Shown piece after piece: positions 1 to 11,103 of a stretch of 64,000 bases of DNA (the stretch's first letter is position 1; every line of letters begins with the position of its first letter). Under the pieces are notes generated by a model that saw only the letters and a list, made by a program, of their open reading frames with translations, was not told where the DNA came from and made no database searches. Source of the DNA: a virus. Lineage: Duplodnaviria > Caudoviricetes. Location: IMG/VR virus record IMGVR_UViG_3300038345_000144; one strand, written 5' to 3'. The translations under genes and the position numbers were made by a program.

Positions 1-103
1 GATTTTTCACCTTCTTGTTAGAAGCCTTTGGCTCCTTAACTGGCTTTTCCTTTACGGGCTTTGTAGGCTTCTCTTTAGGCTCTTTTGGTTTTCCAAATGC
101 CAT

Positions 104-448
104 TTAGACCACCTCCACATATTCCTGCGACTCCCTATCAAACTTAATCTTCACTACCTTATCAGCACAAATTATCTTGTTATAGACAATCTTGCCGTCC
201 TTTGTAGTGTACTGTTCGGAGTCCAACTTGCCGTAAATCCTTACCATACAACCAGTTTGAATGGTCTCTTCGTCATACTCATTGATGACATTAGGGTAAA
301 CTACCCTGACGCAAGTGAAACGCTTTTTGTCAGGGGCGTTTGCCATACAATGATATATGCCAGTAATGGCACGGATGTTAAAATTAGCCACTTCGTCCAA
401 GAGTTTAACATTGTCCTGAACACAGCCGTCAATAATGATTTTATTCAT
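104..448 (-). CDS. SSB-like OB-fold protein
   Basis: [33 protein letters not shown] resembles the SSB beta4-beta5 region; lacks the acidic tail. Confidence 0.6.
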   Translation of the reverse strand: MNKIIIDGCVQDNVKLLDEVANFNIRAITGIYHCMANAPDKKRFTCVRVVYPNVINEYDEETIQTGCMVRIYGKLDSEQYTTKDGKIVYNKIICADKVVKIKFDRESQEYVEVV

Positions 449-2030
449 CTTCGGTTTCCTCCATACTGACTATTCTCTCCAATTGCTCGATAATATCAGC
501 ATTTTCATCAATAAGATGCCATCTCTGATACCACTGAACCTGTGAAATAATATTATCAATATTACCGAAAGCGGCAATAACAGGAGCATATTTAGTGAGG
601 TTGCCTACAACGAGGTCGTTAATAGGGTTGTCCTGAACTGTACCGTCAGGCAATACCATCTTGTTATAAACTCTCGTAAGGACAATGCTACACTTGTCGA
701 GTATCTTGTTCTTTTCGTTAAATACATTGTTTCTACGAGTACCACAGAGGGTAGTAAGTTGCTTAACAACGGACTTAACAGAGTTGATGGAAGGATTACA
801 AGTAAGGATAATCCTATCCGCTAACTTATAAAGCATTGAAATAGGTGCTTTTCCGAGGTAGTCGATACCACTGTCAAAGAACACTACATCATAGTTAGAG
901 AGTAACTGCTTGAATACATCAATCCAGAAAGTTGTGTTTTCTGTGATTTCAGGAATGTCCTGTGCAGGAGCAAGGTAGAAATCAATGTTTGATGCGAAGT
1001 GGTCACTTCTAACCCTTACATTGTTGAGGTAAGAGAAATCTCTGTTACCACCAATATAGTTCTTATAGTAGTCCTGAAGTGTCGGACCTAACTTGTTGAT
1101 AGTAATACCAATCTGACCGTCGATAATATCGAAGTCAGCCAATGCCACCTTCTGATTAGGGTGAGTCTTTGCATAGTAATATGCACTAATAAGAGCCGTA
1201 AATGTCTTACCAGTACCACCCTTTGAAGAACCAAAGAGAATAACCTTTGCGGAGCCATTCTTATTGGCATAACTCTTCGTACCATCATCCTGCAACATAG
1301 CGTCAAGTTTAACCTTGATTTTTGTTACATCGACAGGCTTATCAACCGCCATCAGGCTTTCAGTCTTCTGCAAAGCAGGTTGCTGATTGAACATTGATGT
1401 TGACTGCGGAGCAGGTGCGGGAGCAACTGGAGCCTGTGGAGCAGGTTGAGGTATAAACTGCTGTGGATAAGAAGGCTGGTAGTACGGATTGACCTGCGGT
1501 TGAGGTGCAGGTTGAGGCTGTGGCTGATAATTGCCAGGTCTCATTTCTGGCTGAACAACAGGCTGTTGAACAGGCTGTACTACTGGCTCTACCCTCGGCT
1601 GAACTACTGGCTCTGGAACAATCGGAGCCTGCTGAACAACAGGTTCAGGTTCGGGTTCAGGCTCTACCACTGGCTCTGGTTCAGGAGTAACTTCCTGAAT
1701 AACAGGTTCAGGGATAGGTTCTGGCTCTGGCATAGGCTCTGGTTCAGGCTGTGAAGCCTCGATAACCTTTACATTCTCGATAGGGAATGATGGTTCGGGT
1801 ACATCACTAAACCTGTAATAAACAACCAACACATTCGCCGCTTCATACTGCTTGAGTCCCTCATAGACATCAGGAGTAATTACGGAGACATCATACCAAA
1901 TGCCTTCATCGACCTCGATACCATCATCAGATGTAGCCCTTGCGATGAACTCATCTGCGGTCCACTGGTCTTTTTGAAAACCGTCCAATTCAGACGGAAC
2001 TCTTTTGTCGTTGGTTACTACAATAAACAT
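441..2030 (-). CDS. MinD/ParA/CpaE-family ATPase with long Pro/Gln/Glu-rich N-terminal linker
   Basis: Deviant Walker [24 protein letters not shown]; EP/QP low-complexity tract; SD upstream. Confidence 0.8.
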   Translation of the reverse strand: MFIVVTNDKRVPSELDGFQKDQWTADEFIARATSDDGIEVDEGIWYDVSVITPDVYEGLKQYEAANVLVVYYRFSDVPEPSFPIENVKVIEASQPEPEPMPEPEPIPEPVIQEVTPEPEPVVEPEPEPEPVVQQAPIVPEPVVQPRVEPVVQPVQQPVVQPEMRPGNYQPQPQPAPQPQVNPYYQPSYPQQFIPQPAPQAPVAPAPAPQSTSMFNQQPALQKTESLMAVDKPVDVTKIKVKLDAMLQDDGTKSYANKNGSAKVILFGSSKGGTGKTFTALISAYYYAKTHPNQKVALADFDIIDGQIGITINKLGPTLQDYYKNYIGGNRDFSYLNNVRVRSDHFASNIDFYLAPAQDIPEITENTTFWIDVFKQLLSNYDVVFFDSGIDYLGKAPISMLYKLADRIILTCNPSINSVKSVVKQLTTLCGTRRNNVFNEKNKILDKCSIVLTRVYNKMVLPDGTVQDNPINDLVVGNLTKYAPVIAAFGNIDNIISQVQWYQRWHLIDENADIIEQLERIVSMEETEDE

Positions 2031-2099
2031 TGTGTAATTTTCCTCCTATTGAATAATTTGCTTTCAAATTACTTAACTGTAACATTACATTACTATTAC

Positions 2100-2118
2100 A
2101 ATTAAATAGTCGTTCATT
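2100..2118 (-). promoter_or_regulatory. conserved intergenic motif (plus strand AATTAAATAGTCGTTCATT)
   Basis: Identical 19-mer at 15447-15465; variants at 30204, 34003, 26772. Confidence 0.6.
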
Positions 2119-2143
2119 TTAACTTGTAAGTAAAATCTTATAC

Positions 2144-4942
2144 TTACGCCTTTGGCTTCCTAACCATAGCAATTTCTCTGGAAGCCCAGTTCTTTGCTCT
2201 ATTGATATTGTTCTTGACATTACGGAAGTCTTGTTTAGCCTCTTCATACTTGAACGCCTGAATAGTCAAGCAAGCCAAGATATAAACAAAGCCTAATACA
2301 AAGCCCTTATCGACAAGAGCCATATAGAGCATTACCATAATAACTAACTTAATATTAGCCAAAACATAGTCAATCAAGCACTTTCCAATCTTACCAGTAA
2401 ACGCTGATAAGCCCTTCTGCTCCTTGAACAATTCGAGAATGGTAAACCATATCATCTGAACCATTGTAAGTAACAAAAGGAAGAAGTTTTTGATTTTTGC
2501 CCATATTGTAGGCAACATAATGAATAACATTAAGGCATTACAGAGCATTATGTTACCCTCTTTGAAGTAGTGGGTATTAGGAATAGATGCGTCTGTATAG
2601 TTATTAGCAATTGTACCGTCTGGGTACTGTTGAGGGGATATATTGAATTGAGCGTCAATAACCCTGTAAGTATCTGCCATAAGGGTACTGTCATAAGCGG
2701 TTGTAGTAGCGTTAGGGAAGTAGATCGGCTGTGATAAGTCAAATTCACCTGCCTCCGATACATTCTTTACCGAGTTATCAATATGGTACTTACTACCACA
2801 AGACATAAGGTAAGCCGCCCAGTTTCTAACCTCTTTACCACCACCAATAGGTACATAGACATCACCTGTGTACTTGGCACTATCAAAGAAAGGATTTCCT
2901 GATGTGTCAGCAGGGTCGATTGTCTGGTGGCTTTGAGGCATTACGGATTGTCCATCCTGTAAAGTTGCATAGTGCGTATAGAGTTTCTCATAGTCTAATC
3001 CGCTAAACTGACCTCTACACCACGGCTGGAATATGGCTGTACGCCACAAACAAGCGTGAACTTGCATATTTTCGTCGCTACAATGGATAACTTCGTCATC
3101 TTCGCAAGTCTTGTTAAGTGCATAGTTAAATAACTGGTCAATTGCGGTCAAACCACGATAAATTGTATTATTCATAACGGAAGGGTTATTTACCGATAAG
3201 AATAACAAGCCTAATGCTATGACACCAATGATAAATCGTTCAATAACATCTTTAGGCGAACTTCCTGTACCTTTTGAATATTGAAAAACTTTCTTGACCA
3301 AAGAGAAGATAAAGGCTACCATAGCGAACGCTAAAATAAGATTTACAGCAATTTTAATGGTATTCCAAGCGTCTGTGGTCTCAAATTTAGTCAATAATAT
3401 TGTAAAGTGAGCAGGAATTTCAGTACCTATCAATAGGGATATAAGTGCTACGATATACTTGGCAAAGGTCATATTGATTTCGCCTGCCTCATATGTATAA
3501 CCCATAAAAGCACTTACACCTACAAGGTCTGTTCTTGGGTCCTGAAATCCGTCGTTGCGTTCTGAAGAAGAAAGCACTGTTGGACGACCCTCGTAAACCT
3601 CACAAGACAAATAGTTTGTACTGGAGTACATAATGGTCTCCAAAACGCCTAATTTATTCAATCTGCGTTCTGTCCAAGCAGACCAAATGTGGTCAGCAAG
3701 TTTTGGAGAGTAGGTCTTTTCTCCTAAATACCTATACCAGTGTAGATTTTCACCAAATAACTCAAATAGGCAATATTCTGGTGAATTATTACCATTTCCC
3801 ATTACTTGGTTAACATACCCCGTTAGTACATTAACATTTTTGGCGTTTTGTGAGGATTGTAATGAAGAGTCAGCAATAGTAAGATTACCATTTTCATCCT
3901 CTACATATACATTTGTGGACTCAAAGATAAATCCTGAATTTTGAGGGTAAATAAGGTTTTTACCAATATAGTAATAGAATATTGAACGGTCAATAATATC
4001 CTCACGAACAAACGGAGGCAATACCATATCAGTATCAGCCAAAACATCATAAGCATAGTTGAAATCATATAAAGAGCCTGCAAACTCATTATAGATTGCC
4101 TGTGCCGCTTCCTGTCTTGGAGCGTAATAATCCTCATTTGTGTTTCCCTCAAAGTTTAAGGAGAAATCTTTTGTAATTTCATTAAGGTCAGTGGAGTCCT
4201 TCCACTTTTCTTTGTATTCTTCCCAATAAGAAAATCCACTATCACCGTCTTCGGACATAGTAAACATAATCTGGCTTTCTAAAACCCACCACTCGCAATT
4301 ATGCTTATTACACCAGTCCAAAAGACCAACGGCTCTGTCAGCAGTCCATTGTGCCAAACCAATACCACAATATCCTTGACCTCCGACTGAAAAGTAGAAG
4401 GCTTCGGCTATACCATTGTCAGTAAAGTCAACACCTAAACGGGCTTGCTCAATACCCCACTGGTTCTGATTAGCGTCATCGCCCCAACAATGCCAACCAT
4501 CGCAAAGACAAGCAACTGTCATAGCATCGTGACATTCGATATATTTAGCGGAACAATTAGCAATATAATCATTAACAGCGTCAAAAGTATCATCATATTG
4601 ACTACCTACCGTAGCAGTAGGTACACCGTCAGTTACGGTAATTCTTGGATTTGCCTCGACGAGTTCTGGCTTGAATTCACATTCACATTTCCAGCATCCC
4701 ATTACACCTGCCGCTTCATATTCAGTCAAGCCATATGTTCTCAAAATACTCCAGATTTTGTACTTATTTTGCTCAACTGGACCAGTAAAGTTGCCTTGTA
4801 CGGTAGCCTTCTTGATTTCTGTTCCATCATAGTAGTCGTCGGCATAAACCGTTACGGCGGGAGAGGCGAAACTTGCCGTCATAGTGATTGAAATGACCGT
4901 TACAGCCAATAATGAAACAATTTTTCGAAATAACTTACTCAT
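2144..4942 (-). CDS. Signal peptide + phage-tail-lysozyme-like domain fused to a polytopic membrane domain (putative conjugation protein)
   Basis: GLTEYEAAGVMG..E, GIGLAQWT, FSLNFEG motifs of the Phage_lysozyme2-like family; about 7 hydrophobic segments in the C-terminal half. Confidence 0.65.
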   Translation of the reverse strand: MSKLFRKIVSLLAVTVISITMTASFASPAVTVYADDYYDGTEIKKATVQGNFTGPVEQNKYKIWSILRTYGLTEYEAAGVMGCWKCECEFKPELVEANPRITVTDGVPTATVGSQYDDTFDAVNDYIANCSAKYIECHDAMTVACLCDGWHCWGDDANQNQWGIEQARLGVDFTDNGIAEAFYFSVGGQGYCGIGLAQWTADRAVGLLDWCNKHNCEWWVLESQIMFTMSEDGDSGFSYWEEYKEKWKDSTDLNEITKDFSLNFEGNTNEDYYAPRQEAAQAIYNEFAGSLYDFNYAYDVLADTDMVLPPFVREDIIDRSIFYYYIGKNLIYPQNSGFIFESTNVYVEDENGNLTIADSSLQSSQNAKNVNVLTGYVNQVMGNGNNSPEYCLFELFGENLHWYRYLGEKTYSPKLADHIWSAWTERRLNKLGVLETIMYSSTNYLSCEVYEGRPTVLSSSERNDGFQDPRTDLVGVSAFMGYTYEAGEINMTFAKYIVALISLLIGTEIPAHFTILLTKFETTDAWNTIKIAVNLILAFAMVAFIFSLVKKVFQYSKGTGSSPKDVIERFIIGVIALGLLFLSVNNPSVMNNTIYRGLTAIDQLFNYALNKTCEDDEVIHCSDENMQVHACLWRTAIFQPWCRGQFSGLDYEKLYTHYATLQDGQSVMPQSHQTIDPADTSGNPFFDSAKYTGDVYVPIGGGKEVRNWAAYLMSCGSKYHIDNSVKNVSEAGEFDLSQPIYFPNATTTAYDSTLMADTYRVIDAQFNISPQQYPDGTIANNYTDASIPNTHYFKEGNIMLCNALMLFIMLPTIWAKIKNFFLLLLTMVQMIWFTILELFKEQKGLSAFTGKIGKCLIDYVLANIKLVIMVMLYMALVDKGFVLGFVYILACLTIQAFKYEEAKQDFRNVKNNINRAKNWASREIAMVRKPKA

Positions 4943-4966
4943 TTCGCCTACTCCTTTCGTAAGATT

Positions 4967-7900
4967 TTATTTTTTGATTTTTCCATTTCCTGCCTGTTGA
5001 TTGTTTTGTGCAGGCGGTTTTGGTTGTTTGTTCTCATCATCGTTTCCTTTGATTTTTGAACTATCTGGTCTGTTGAGTTGAGTCTTTGGAGTCTCATTTT
5101 CAGGTGTAGTATTAGCCTTAATCTTATCAGCGTCTTCCGAAGAAGAGTGATGAGTAGCCTGATAATCAACCTTCTGTGTAATGTCTGCAACACGGGCATC
5201 AAAAGCCTTTTCATCAGGGTTAAGAGCACCGTTACCAGTCTCACTGCCTAATGCTTTAATCTTATCCTGTGCCGCTTTCTGCAAAGCAGTCAACTGCATA
5301 CCATATTCTTTCTGTCTACGCAAACCTTGTTCATAGTAATCGAGGTAGACTTGCTCAAATCTCTTATCTACACCGCCCTTACCGTTGCTGAACTCGTTTG
5401 CAATAGTACCATCTTCCTTAAACAATCTACGAGTCTTCTTCTCATAGTCTTGTTTCTCCTCATCAGTGAACTGAACACCTGCTCTTTGGGCATTGAAGTC
5501 TGCGTCAGTATTTGCTCTCTGCTGATTTCTATTTCTCTGCATTTGCTTGAAGTTAGTAAGCCAATAAATAGGCTCAAGGGTAGATGGGAATATCTGTGCG
5601 GCTCCGACTCTTAAGTGCCTCCACCATCTTAAAACGGCAAATAAGAACCAGAACAGGAATATTACCATTACTAATCCAAAGAGTCCCTCTAATTCACAAG
5701 TTAATATGAAAATAATACCTGTGAGGACACCCATACAAATAATTGCAAAGAGAGGAGCAAATGTCTCAATGAGAATATCTGCCCACTTTTTCTTCTCAAC
5801 CTTATTGATAATGGCACGGAAGAAGAACAAATAAAGCATCCACCAGAACCATACGAAAGTTAAGAATTTAATGACGGAAATGAAACAATACAAGCAACAA
5901 AGCAATAATTTAGTGAGCAAGTCTAAAATACCGCCCTGAAATTCTCCGTTATAGTTTTCATTTGTAGCAGTTGTAAGTTTTACCTTTGTACTGTCTACTG
6001 TTGAAATAGTAACTCTTGGAGCCATAAAGTGGTCAACTACACGATAAGCGTTGTTATTGATAGTAGAACCATTGACATTTTCTCCTGAAGCAGTCAATAC
6101 GCTGTGTGATACAGAGTCCGAGTCACCATAGTAGGAGAACGAGTCGGCAAGCATAATTGAATATTGCTTGACATTGTTTGAACCAATTTTAGGATAGTTC
6201 ACTCCAACTAACTCTGGGAGATTAGATGAAGTGTTAATCTGCTGTTGGTCAGCCTTAATGCCGTAACCTGTGTTGTACTTTGACCAAGTATCAAGATATG
6301 GGATATAGTAAGTAACTGAATAATCTGCCTCATCTCCAAAGAGATATGCTAAATCAGGGTCACTTCCTACGGTTGCCATTTCACCAATATTGATTATTCT
6401 GGACTCCGCATATTTGAACTTTTGCCAAGCATTAGCAGGGTCACTGGCTACATAAGTCATAAGACCTAATTCGAATACAAGTAATAAGAACGCTCCAATT
6501 ACTCGTACACCGCCTTTTGAACCATTCTTCCAAATGATAATAACGGTTTTTATGATAAAATATGCGGCGAGTAGTCCCATAACTATCGTTATCCACACAT
6601 CTTCCCATAAGTTAGCAGGAGATAATCCCCAACTGTCCCAAACATCGAAATCACACAATTGCTGTAAGAATACAGAAACTTCCGTGATTTTACCTGCTAA
6701 TTTGATAATAGTAGGCTGAATATGGAAATAAATCATTATATCTCCACCGACATTCAGGTTGCCAACAAAGTTACCGAGCATATGGCTATACCACAAATCA
6801 ACTCTTGGGTCAGAAACCGCATAGTTTTGAGCATCATTCTGAAGAAGAGTTCTTGTGTCATAAGGCATTACTCTTGGGTCGTCTTTCTGGACAGTATTAA
6901 GCGGTGCTGTGTTACCTTCTGCTTTAGCGGTAGCACACATAATCTTAATCATATTAGCAACAACTTGATTGTAATATGGACCTGCATACGACTGTATTTT
7001 CTTAATAACCTTATAGGTATCTTCTATTGACAGAGATTGTCCTGCCTTTGAACCACCACTCAAGTATGGCTCTGTAATACGATATAGACCACTATACGCA
7101 TACAAACTTGCTACTGTAATGGTAGTTCGACCACCACCATAGGCTTCAGACCAACATTCATTGTCTTCACCCTGATTGGTAATCATACATTGACGATATA
7201 CAACAACACTCATTTCACCATCGGAGGCATCATCTGTACCTCTGTTGAACATAGTGATGAAGTTCTCATAATCAGTCATTGTCTGCTGTGAAGCCTCATA
7301 GTGCTTCAAAACCTCAACCTGTGAACCCGTAAGGAAGTCATTTGTGCCGTCTGAACCAGTATCTCTGGTATTAGGACCAGCCAAATTTCTAATGTGAAGG
7401 TTTACAGTAGGGTTGCTAACCAAACCTGTAATGAGTGTATTGTAGAGAAGTTTACAATCGGGATAACCCTCAATCCAAACCTCCAAATCATAAGGATTTG
7501 TCATTGTGGCTTTAGGGTCAACTGGTACAGGAAGATTGTCATTAGGAGTGTCCATAGTGTGTGCCGACTCCCAAGAACCTGAATACTGAATAGTCTTCGG
7601 ATAACCATTATGACTACACCAATCTGCCTCTGTCGGATAATCCGTTGTGTTTCTGTGGTTCATCTTATACCAGTCAGAATACTCATAATAAGGATTACCA
7701 TTACCTTTAATAGATAAACGATAGTTATTATAAGTAGTTAAGTTGGTATTATAAGTATCACAGGCACTATTGTATGCCGCCAAAGCATCGGAAAATTTCA
7801 TTTCTGATGTGTTTCCTGTCGGGTCTGTCCAACTACAATACAATAATGGATAGATTTTGTTGCTTTCCATATCGGAGGTTAAACCACCGTCATTAAGGGC

Positions 7901-9133
7901 AACTAAACTATCATAGAGTTTTTGCTGTTGTTCCTTACCAGCAACATTATCCATCTGTTGACCTAACGGGCTGGACGGGAGGGTAATACTCGCATAACCA
8001 GTATATCCTGCCGTATTTCCCCACGCCAAGTTAGCCATATAGAAGATTTTTCTATTATCTTCAGACTCTTGGAGCCAAGTAGATACATCGTCGATATAAA
8101 GTTGGTCATTTACCAAGAAAAGGTAAAAACCAGGCGTAGAAATCAAACCAAAGAAGAAATCTTGGTCTTCAAAGCCACTAAAATCATTGATATGAACTCC
8201 TGCCGAAGAGTGAGTAAATCCATAATAAACTGGGTCAAAAGTGGAAGTTGTATAGTTAGTTCCAAAAGTATTCATATTACGCTCGTAAAGCGAATACAAA
8301 TCATATTCTTTCTTATGCTGTTGACAATACTCACTCGCCGCATCGTTAGCGTCCTGCGTAACTGTCTTGGTGAGCAAGTCATTTACATCGGTAAAGTAAG
8401 TTTCACCATCTACGCTATCTTCGGCTATCTGTTTAACGAAGTAAGGTAGATAGTAACTGTGGAAGAAGTTAACAACATATTCAGAACTATCTGTGTAAGT
8501 GTGATTTAAGTAAGTAAGAGTATTAAAGTTATCGGCATCTGGGGCTTTTAAGAATGAAGCACCAAACAAAGCCTTAATACTTCTCCATAAGAATTTCCAG
8601 AAACCTTGTTCTGGGGAAGGGATAATACCAGCCAAAGACATAGTTTCTTTAGGATATTCTCCCATATAAGTATAACTTGGAATATTAAAGCCATACTTTG
8701 TAATAGCGTTTTCTTGAAGTGTTGCACCATTATCACCTGAACCAACATCTACAAGCCACTGTGTTTGGTTAATATCATAGGTTGAGTCGGTATAACCATC
8801 GGGAACAAACTCTACAACCTGATTTTTAACCAACTGCTGAAGGTTAGGGGTGTTGAAATAACACTTATAAGTACCATCACTACACTTTTTGATTACGGTA
8901 AAGGTATGGAATGACCAAATCCACTGATATAAGTCACCAACATCGGAAATACCGAAATCAAAGAGACTGTTGACATTTTCGCCCTCAATTATGTAGTAGG
9001 TAGCACCATTATCTTCATCGCTGTCGTTTTTCTTATAGTCATCAGCGTGAACTGTTAACATTGAAAAAGGAGATACGATGATTATAAGTGACATCAGCAC
9101 TACGACAACCTGTTTTAGCCAATTCTTAAACAT
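4967..9133 (-). CDS. Large secreted/polytopic membrane protein, VirB6/ConG/TcpH-like topology
   Basis: Signal peptide, large extracellular region, TM clusters, charged cytoplasmic tail; same layout as 2144-4942 (DPRVDL vs DPRTDL). Confidence 0.5.
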   Translation of the reverse strand: MFKNWLKQVVVVLMSLIIIVSPFSMLTVHADDYKKNDSDEDNGATYYIIEGENVNSLFDFGISDVGDLYQWIWSFHTFTVIKKCSDGTYKCYFNTPNLQQLVKNQVVEFVPDGYTDSTYDINQTQWLVDVGSGDNGATLQENAITKYGFNIPSYTYMGEYPKETMSLAGIIPSPEQGFWKFLWRSIKALFGASFLKAPDADNFNTLTYLNHTYTDSSEYVVNFFHSYYLPYFVKQIAEDSVDGETYFTDVNDLLTKTVTQDANDAASEYCQQHKKEYDLYSLYERNMNTFGTNYTTSTFDPVYYGFTHSSAGVHINDFSGFEDQDFFFGLISTPGFYLFLVNDQLYIDDVSTWLQESEDNRKIFYMANLAWGNTAGYTGYASITLPSSPLGQQMDNVAGKEQQQKLYDSLVALNDGGLTSDMESNKIYPLLYCSWTDPTGNTSEMKFSDALAAYNSACDTYNTNLTTYNNYRLSIKGNGNPYYEYSDWYKMNHRNTTDYPTEADWCSHNGYPKTIQYSGSWESAHTMDTPNDNLPVPVDPKATMTNPYDLEVWIEGYPDCKLLYNTLITGLVSNPTVNLHIRNLAGPNTRDTGSDGTNDFLTGSQVEVLKHYEASQQTMTDYENFITMFNRGTDDASDGEMSVVVYRQCMITNQGEDNECWSEAYGGGRTTITVASLYAYSGLYRITEPYLSGGSKAGQSLSIEDTYKVIKKIQSYAGPYYNQVVANMIKIMCATAKAEGNTAPLNTVQKDDPRVMPYDTRTLLQNDAQNYAVSDPRVDLWYSHMLGNFVGNLNVGGDIMIYFHIQPTIIKLAGKITEVSVFLQQLCDFDVWDSWGLSPANLWEDVWITIVMGLLAAYFIIKTVIIIWKNGSKGGVRVIGAFLLLVFELGLMTYVASDPANAWQKFKYAESRIINIGEMATVGSDPDLAYLFGDEADYSVTYYIPYLDTWSKYNTGYGIKADQQQINTSSNLPELVGVNYPKIGSNNVKQYSIMLADSFSYYGDSDSVSHSVLTASGENVNGSTINNNAYRVVDHFMAPRVTISTVDSTKVKLTTATNENYNGEFQGGILDLLTKLLLCCLYCFISVIKFLTFVWFWWMLYLFFFRAIINKVEKKKWADILIETFAPLFAIICMGVLTGIIFILTCELEGLFGLVMVIFLFWFLFAVLRWWRHLRVGAAQIFPSTLEPIYWLTNFKQMQRNRNQQRANTDADFNAQRAGVQFTDEEKQDYEKKTRRLFKEDGTIANEFSNGKGGVDKRFEQVYLDYYEQGLRRQKEYGMQLTALQKAAQDKIKALGSETGNGALNPDEKAFDARVADITQKVDYQATHHSSSEDADKIKANTTPENETPKTQLNRPDSSKIKGNDDENKQPKPPAQNNQQAGNGKIKK

Positions 9134-9160
9134 AGTGTCTCCTTTCTATTGAATTGTTAA

Positions 9161-9565
9161 TTAGGTGTGGGCTTCAATAACATCCTCCTCGGAATAGCCA
9201 TTAGTAGAAGTCCAGTCGTGTTTCCAACCGTGATAGTCAATGTCTTTCACCGTGAAACCTAACGATTTTAGCATTTTAACAACCGTTGCTTTTCTACGGT
9301 GTTCCTTGTAGTAAACATACTTAACAGCGTTACCAGTCCAGAAGTTGACGCACCAACTCATCAATTGGACCAACGACTCCTTATCCGTCATATAGATATA
9401 ATCTACTACGACGATAGTGTTGTTGTTTACCTCCATAAGTCTAAAGGCGATAAATGACTCGCCTCTATACGGGATATAACCCTTCAGATTGACATTTTTA
9501 TGGTAATTTATACCATTTTCGGCGTTGATGTGCTTCTGAAGGTCAACCTTTTTTAGTTCATCCAT
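9161..9565 (-). CDS. hypothetical protein (possible GNAT-like fold)
   Basis: ORF with GGAGG SD; ends with the LKSLGF motif seen in GNATs. Confidence 0.45.
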   Translation of the reverse strand: MDELKKVDLQKHINAENGINYHKNVNLKGYIPYRGESFIAFRLMEVNNNTIVVVDYIYMTDKESLVQLMSWCVNFWTGNAVKYVYYKEHRRKATVVKMLKSLGFTVKDIDYHGWKHDWTSTNGYSEEDVIEAHT

Positions 9566-9577
9566 TTAATTTTCCTC

Positions 9578-10015
9578 CTAAATTTCAATCAAGTTATCCA
9601 TATCTAACCTATCCCAGTTTTCTTCAATGACATCTAAAAAGTCACCGTAGATGTGGTCAAAGTTAAGTAATGAAGTGTACTCGAATATATTTATTGTAGT
9701 TAAAACCTTAATGATTTCCTTATACTCCTCCACGGTAAAAATGTCTGTAAAAAATCTCTGCTGACAATTGTAGAATGTCTCGGCAGAGATATAAATGAAG
9801 GAGTCTAAATCATCGTCTGTGTCTGTATATAGTATAAAACAGTCTTGCCTTTTAATCTTGGTGCGAAGACCTAATTTATACCTCCTTTTATGGGTTATTG
9901 CCCCGTCGCTGTAAGTAATGGGGAATTCCTCACTAACCTTACATCTATCGAGGCAATAATAATCAAATTCCTGATGTTCTTTAGTCACTTTACAAATTCT
10001 CCTTTGCTTTTTCAA
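9578..10015 (-). CDS. hypothetical protein
   Basis: ORF overlapping the sbcD stop, operon-like. Confidence 0.5.
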   Translation of the reverse strand: MKKQRRICKVTKEHQEFDYYCLDRCKVSEEFPITYSDGAITHKRRYKLGLRTKIKRQDCFILYTDTDDDLDSFIYISAETFYNCQQRFFTDIFTVEEYKEIIKVLTTINIFEYTSLLNFDHIYGDFLDVIEENWDRLDMDNLIEI

Positions 10016-11024
10016 AGTGTTCAGTGCTATCAGGATAGTTTTGTCGAACCCACGGAATTAAAGGTGGCATTAGGGTCTTCTTTTCTACGACCTTTTCGGC
10101 ATTATCTCCCGTATCTTCGTGCTGAACAGGCTCAATTACAAGATTTACTGCCTTGTTCTTTGCCTGAATAAACAAATCATTGTTTATTACTTCAGGATTA
10201 CCGTCAAATACGATGTGATAAATGTCTTCTGTAACATCAGTAAGAACCTTATTGATATTCTTCTCGTTACAGTTCTTTTTGACTATATGAGGGGATTTAA
10301 CCAAAACCCTCCTATAATCAAGGGTATCTGTATCTAAAAATACGGGACCAGTTCTATCTTCATAGGCTTGATAGTCAATGGTCGCACCTGGCGAGATTAC
10401 AAGGGTTTTGCCCTCCCAATACTCAAAAGGTGTATGGATATGTCCAATTACCACTACATCAAACAATTGTATAAAGTCGTCTGATAACCTAATCGGGTCA
10501 TCTACAAAGTGTTCTCTGAAGTACCTGTCCGTAACACCGTGCGTAATAAGTATCTTCTTTGGACAATTTGTGGTCTTAACCAACTCTCTACAATTAGCGA
10601 TGTATGTTTGGATATTATCCACCGTATCATAGATATACGGCATCAAGATAAAGGCAACATCATCTATTTCTACTAATTTTAACTCATAATCGGAAAAATA
10701 GGTATGGGGTGCAATACCAACAGCACTACATTTATTCCTTCTATTAGCAAAAGCAAAGTCGTGATTACCCGTAATATCAATGGTAATGAAGTCTTTAAGG
10801 CTCTGCTGTGCCTGAATATAGTGCGTTAACGGTATTGCGGTAGGATTGGCGGTTTCAAACTGGTCGCCAGCACAAATAATGACCTTCGGCTTTTCTTTCT
10901 TGAAAACCTTGACATATTCACGCATTACCCTATATCCGATTTGCTCATACTTATTGTAACCAGTTTCATCAGTACGATACATACGCTTTCCGTTATGCAA
11001 ATCACTCCATAGTCCAATTAACAT
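9990..11024 (-). CDS. sbcD: SbcD/Mre11 (gp47-like) metallophosphoesterase nuclease
   Basis: SDLH, AGD, GNHD, HG, GHIH motifs. Confidence 0.9.
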   Translation of the reverse strand: MLIGLWSDLHNGKRMYRTDETGYNKYEQIGYRVMREYVKVFKKEKPKVIICAGDQFETANPTAIPLTHYIQAQQSLKDFITIDITGNHDFAFANRRNKCSAVGIAPHTYFSDYELKLVEIDDVAFILMPYIYDTVDNIQTYIANCRELVKTTNCPKKILITHGVTDRYFREHFVDDPIRLSDDFIQLFDVVVIGHIHTPFEYWEGKTLVISPGATIDYQAYEDRTGPVFLDTDTLDYRRVLVKSPHIVKKNCNEKNINKVLTDVTEDIYHIVFDGNPEVINNDLFIQAKNKAVNLVIEPVQHEDTGDNAEKVVEKKTLMPPLIPWVRQNYPDSTEHFEKAKENL

Positions 11025-11068
11025 ATTTTTGTGAATATTTCCTTTCGATTATTATATATAAATAGTCC

Positions 11069-11103
11069 TTTATCTTATCGTTTATCTTATCATTTATCTT
11101 ATC
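11069..11103. repeat. 3 x TTTATCTTATC, 12-bp period
   Basis: Copies at 11069, 11081, 11093. Confidence 0.85.

Noticed and set aside
1400-1755. Repetitive DNA in the MinD-like gene
   Set aside because: Explained by the Pro/Glu/Gln-rich protein linker
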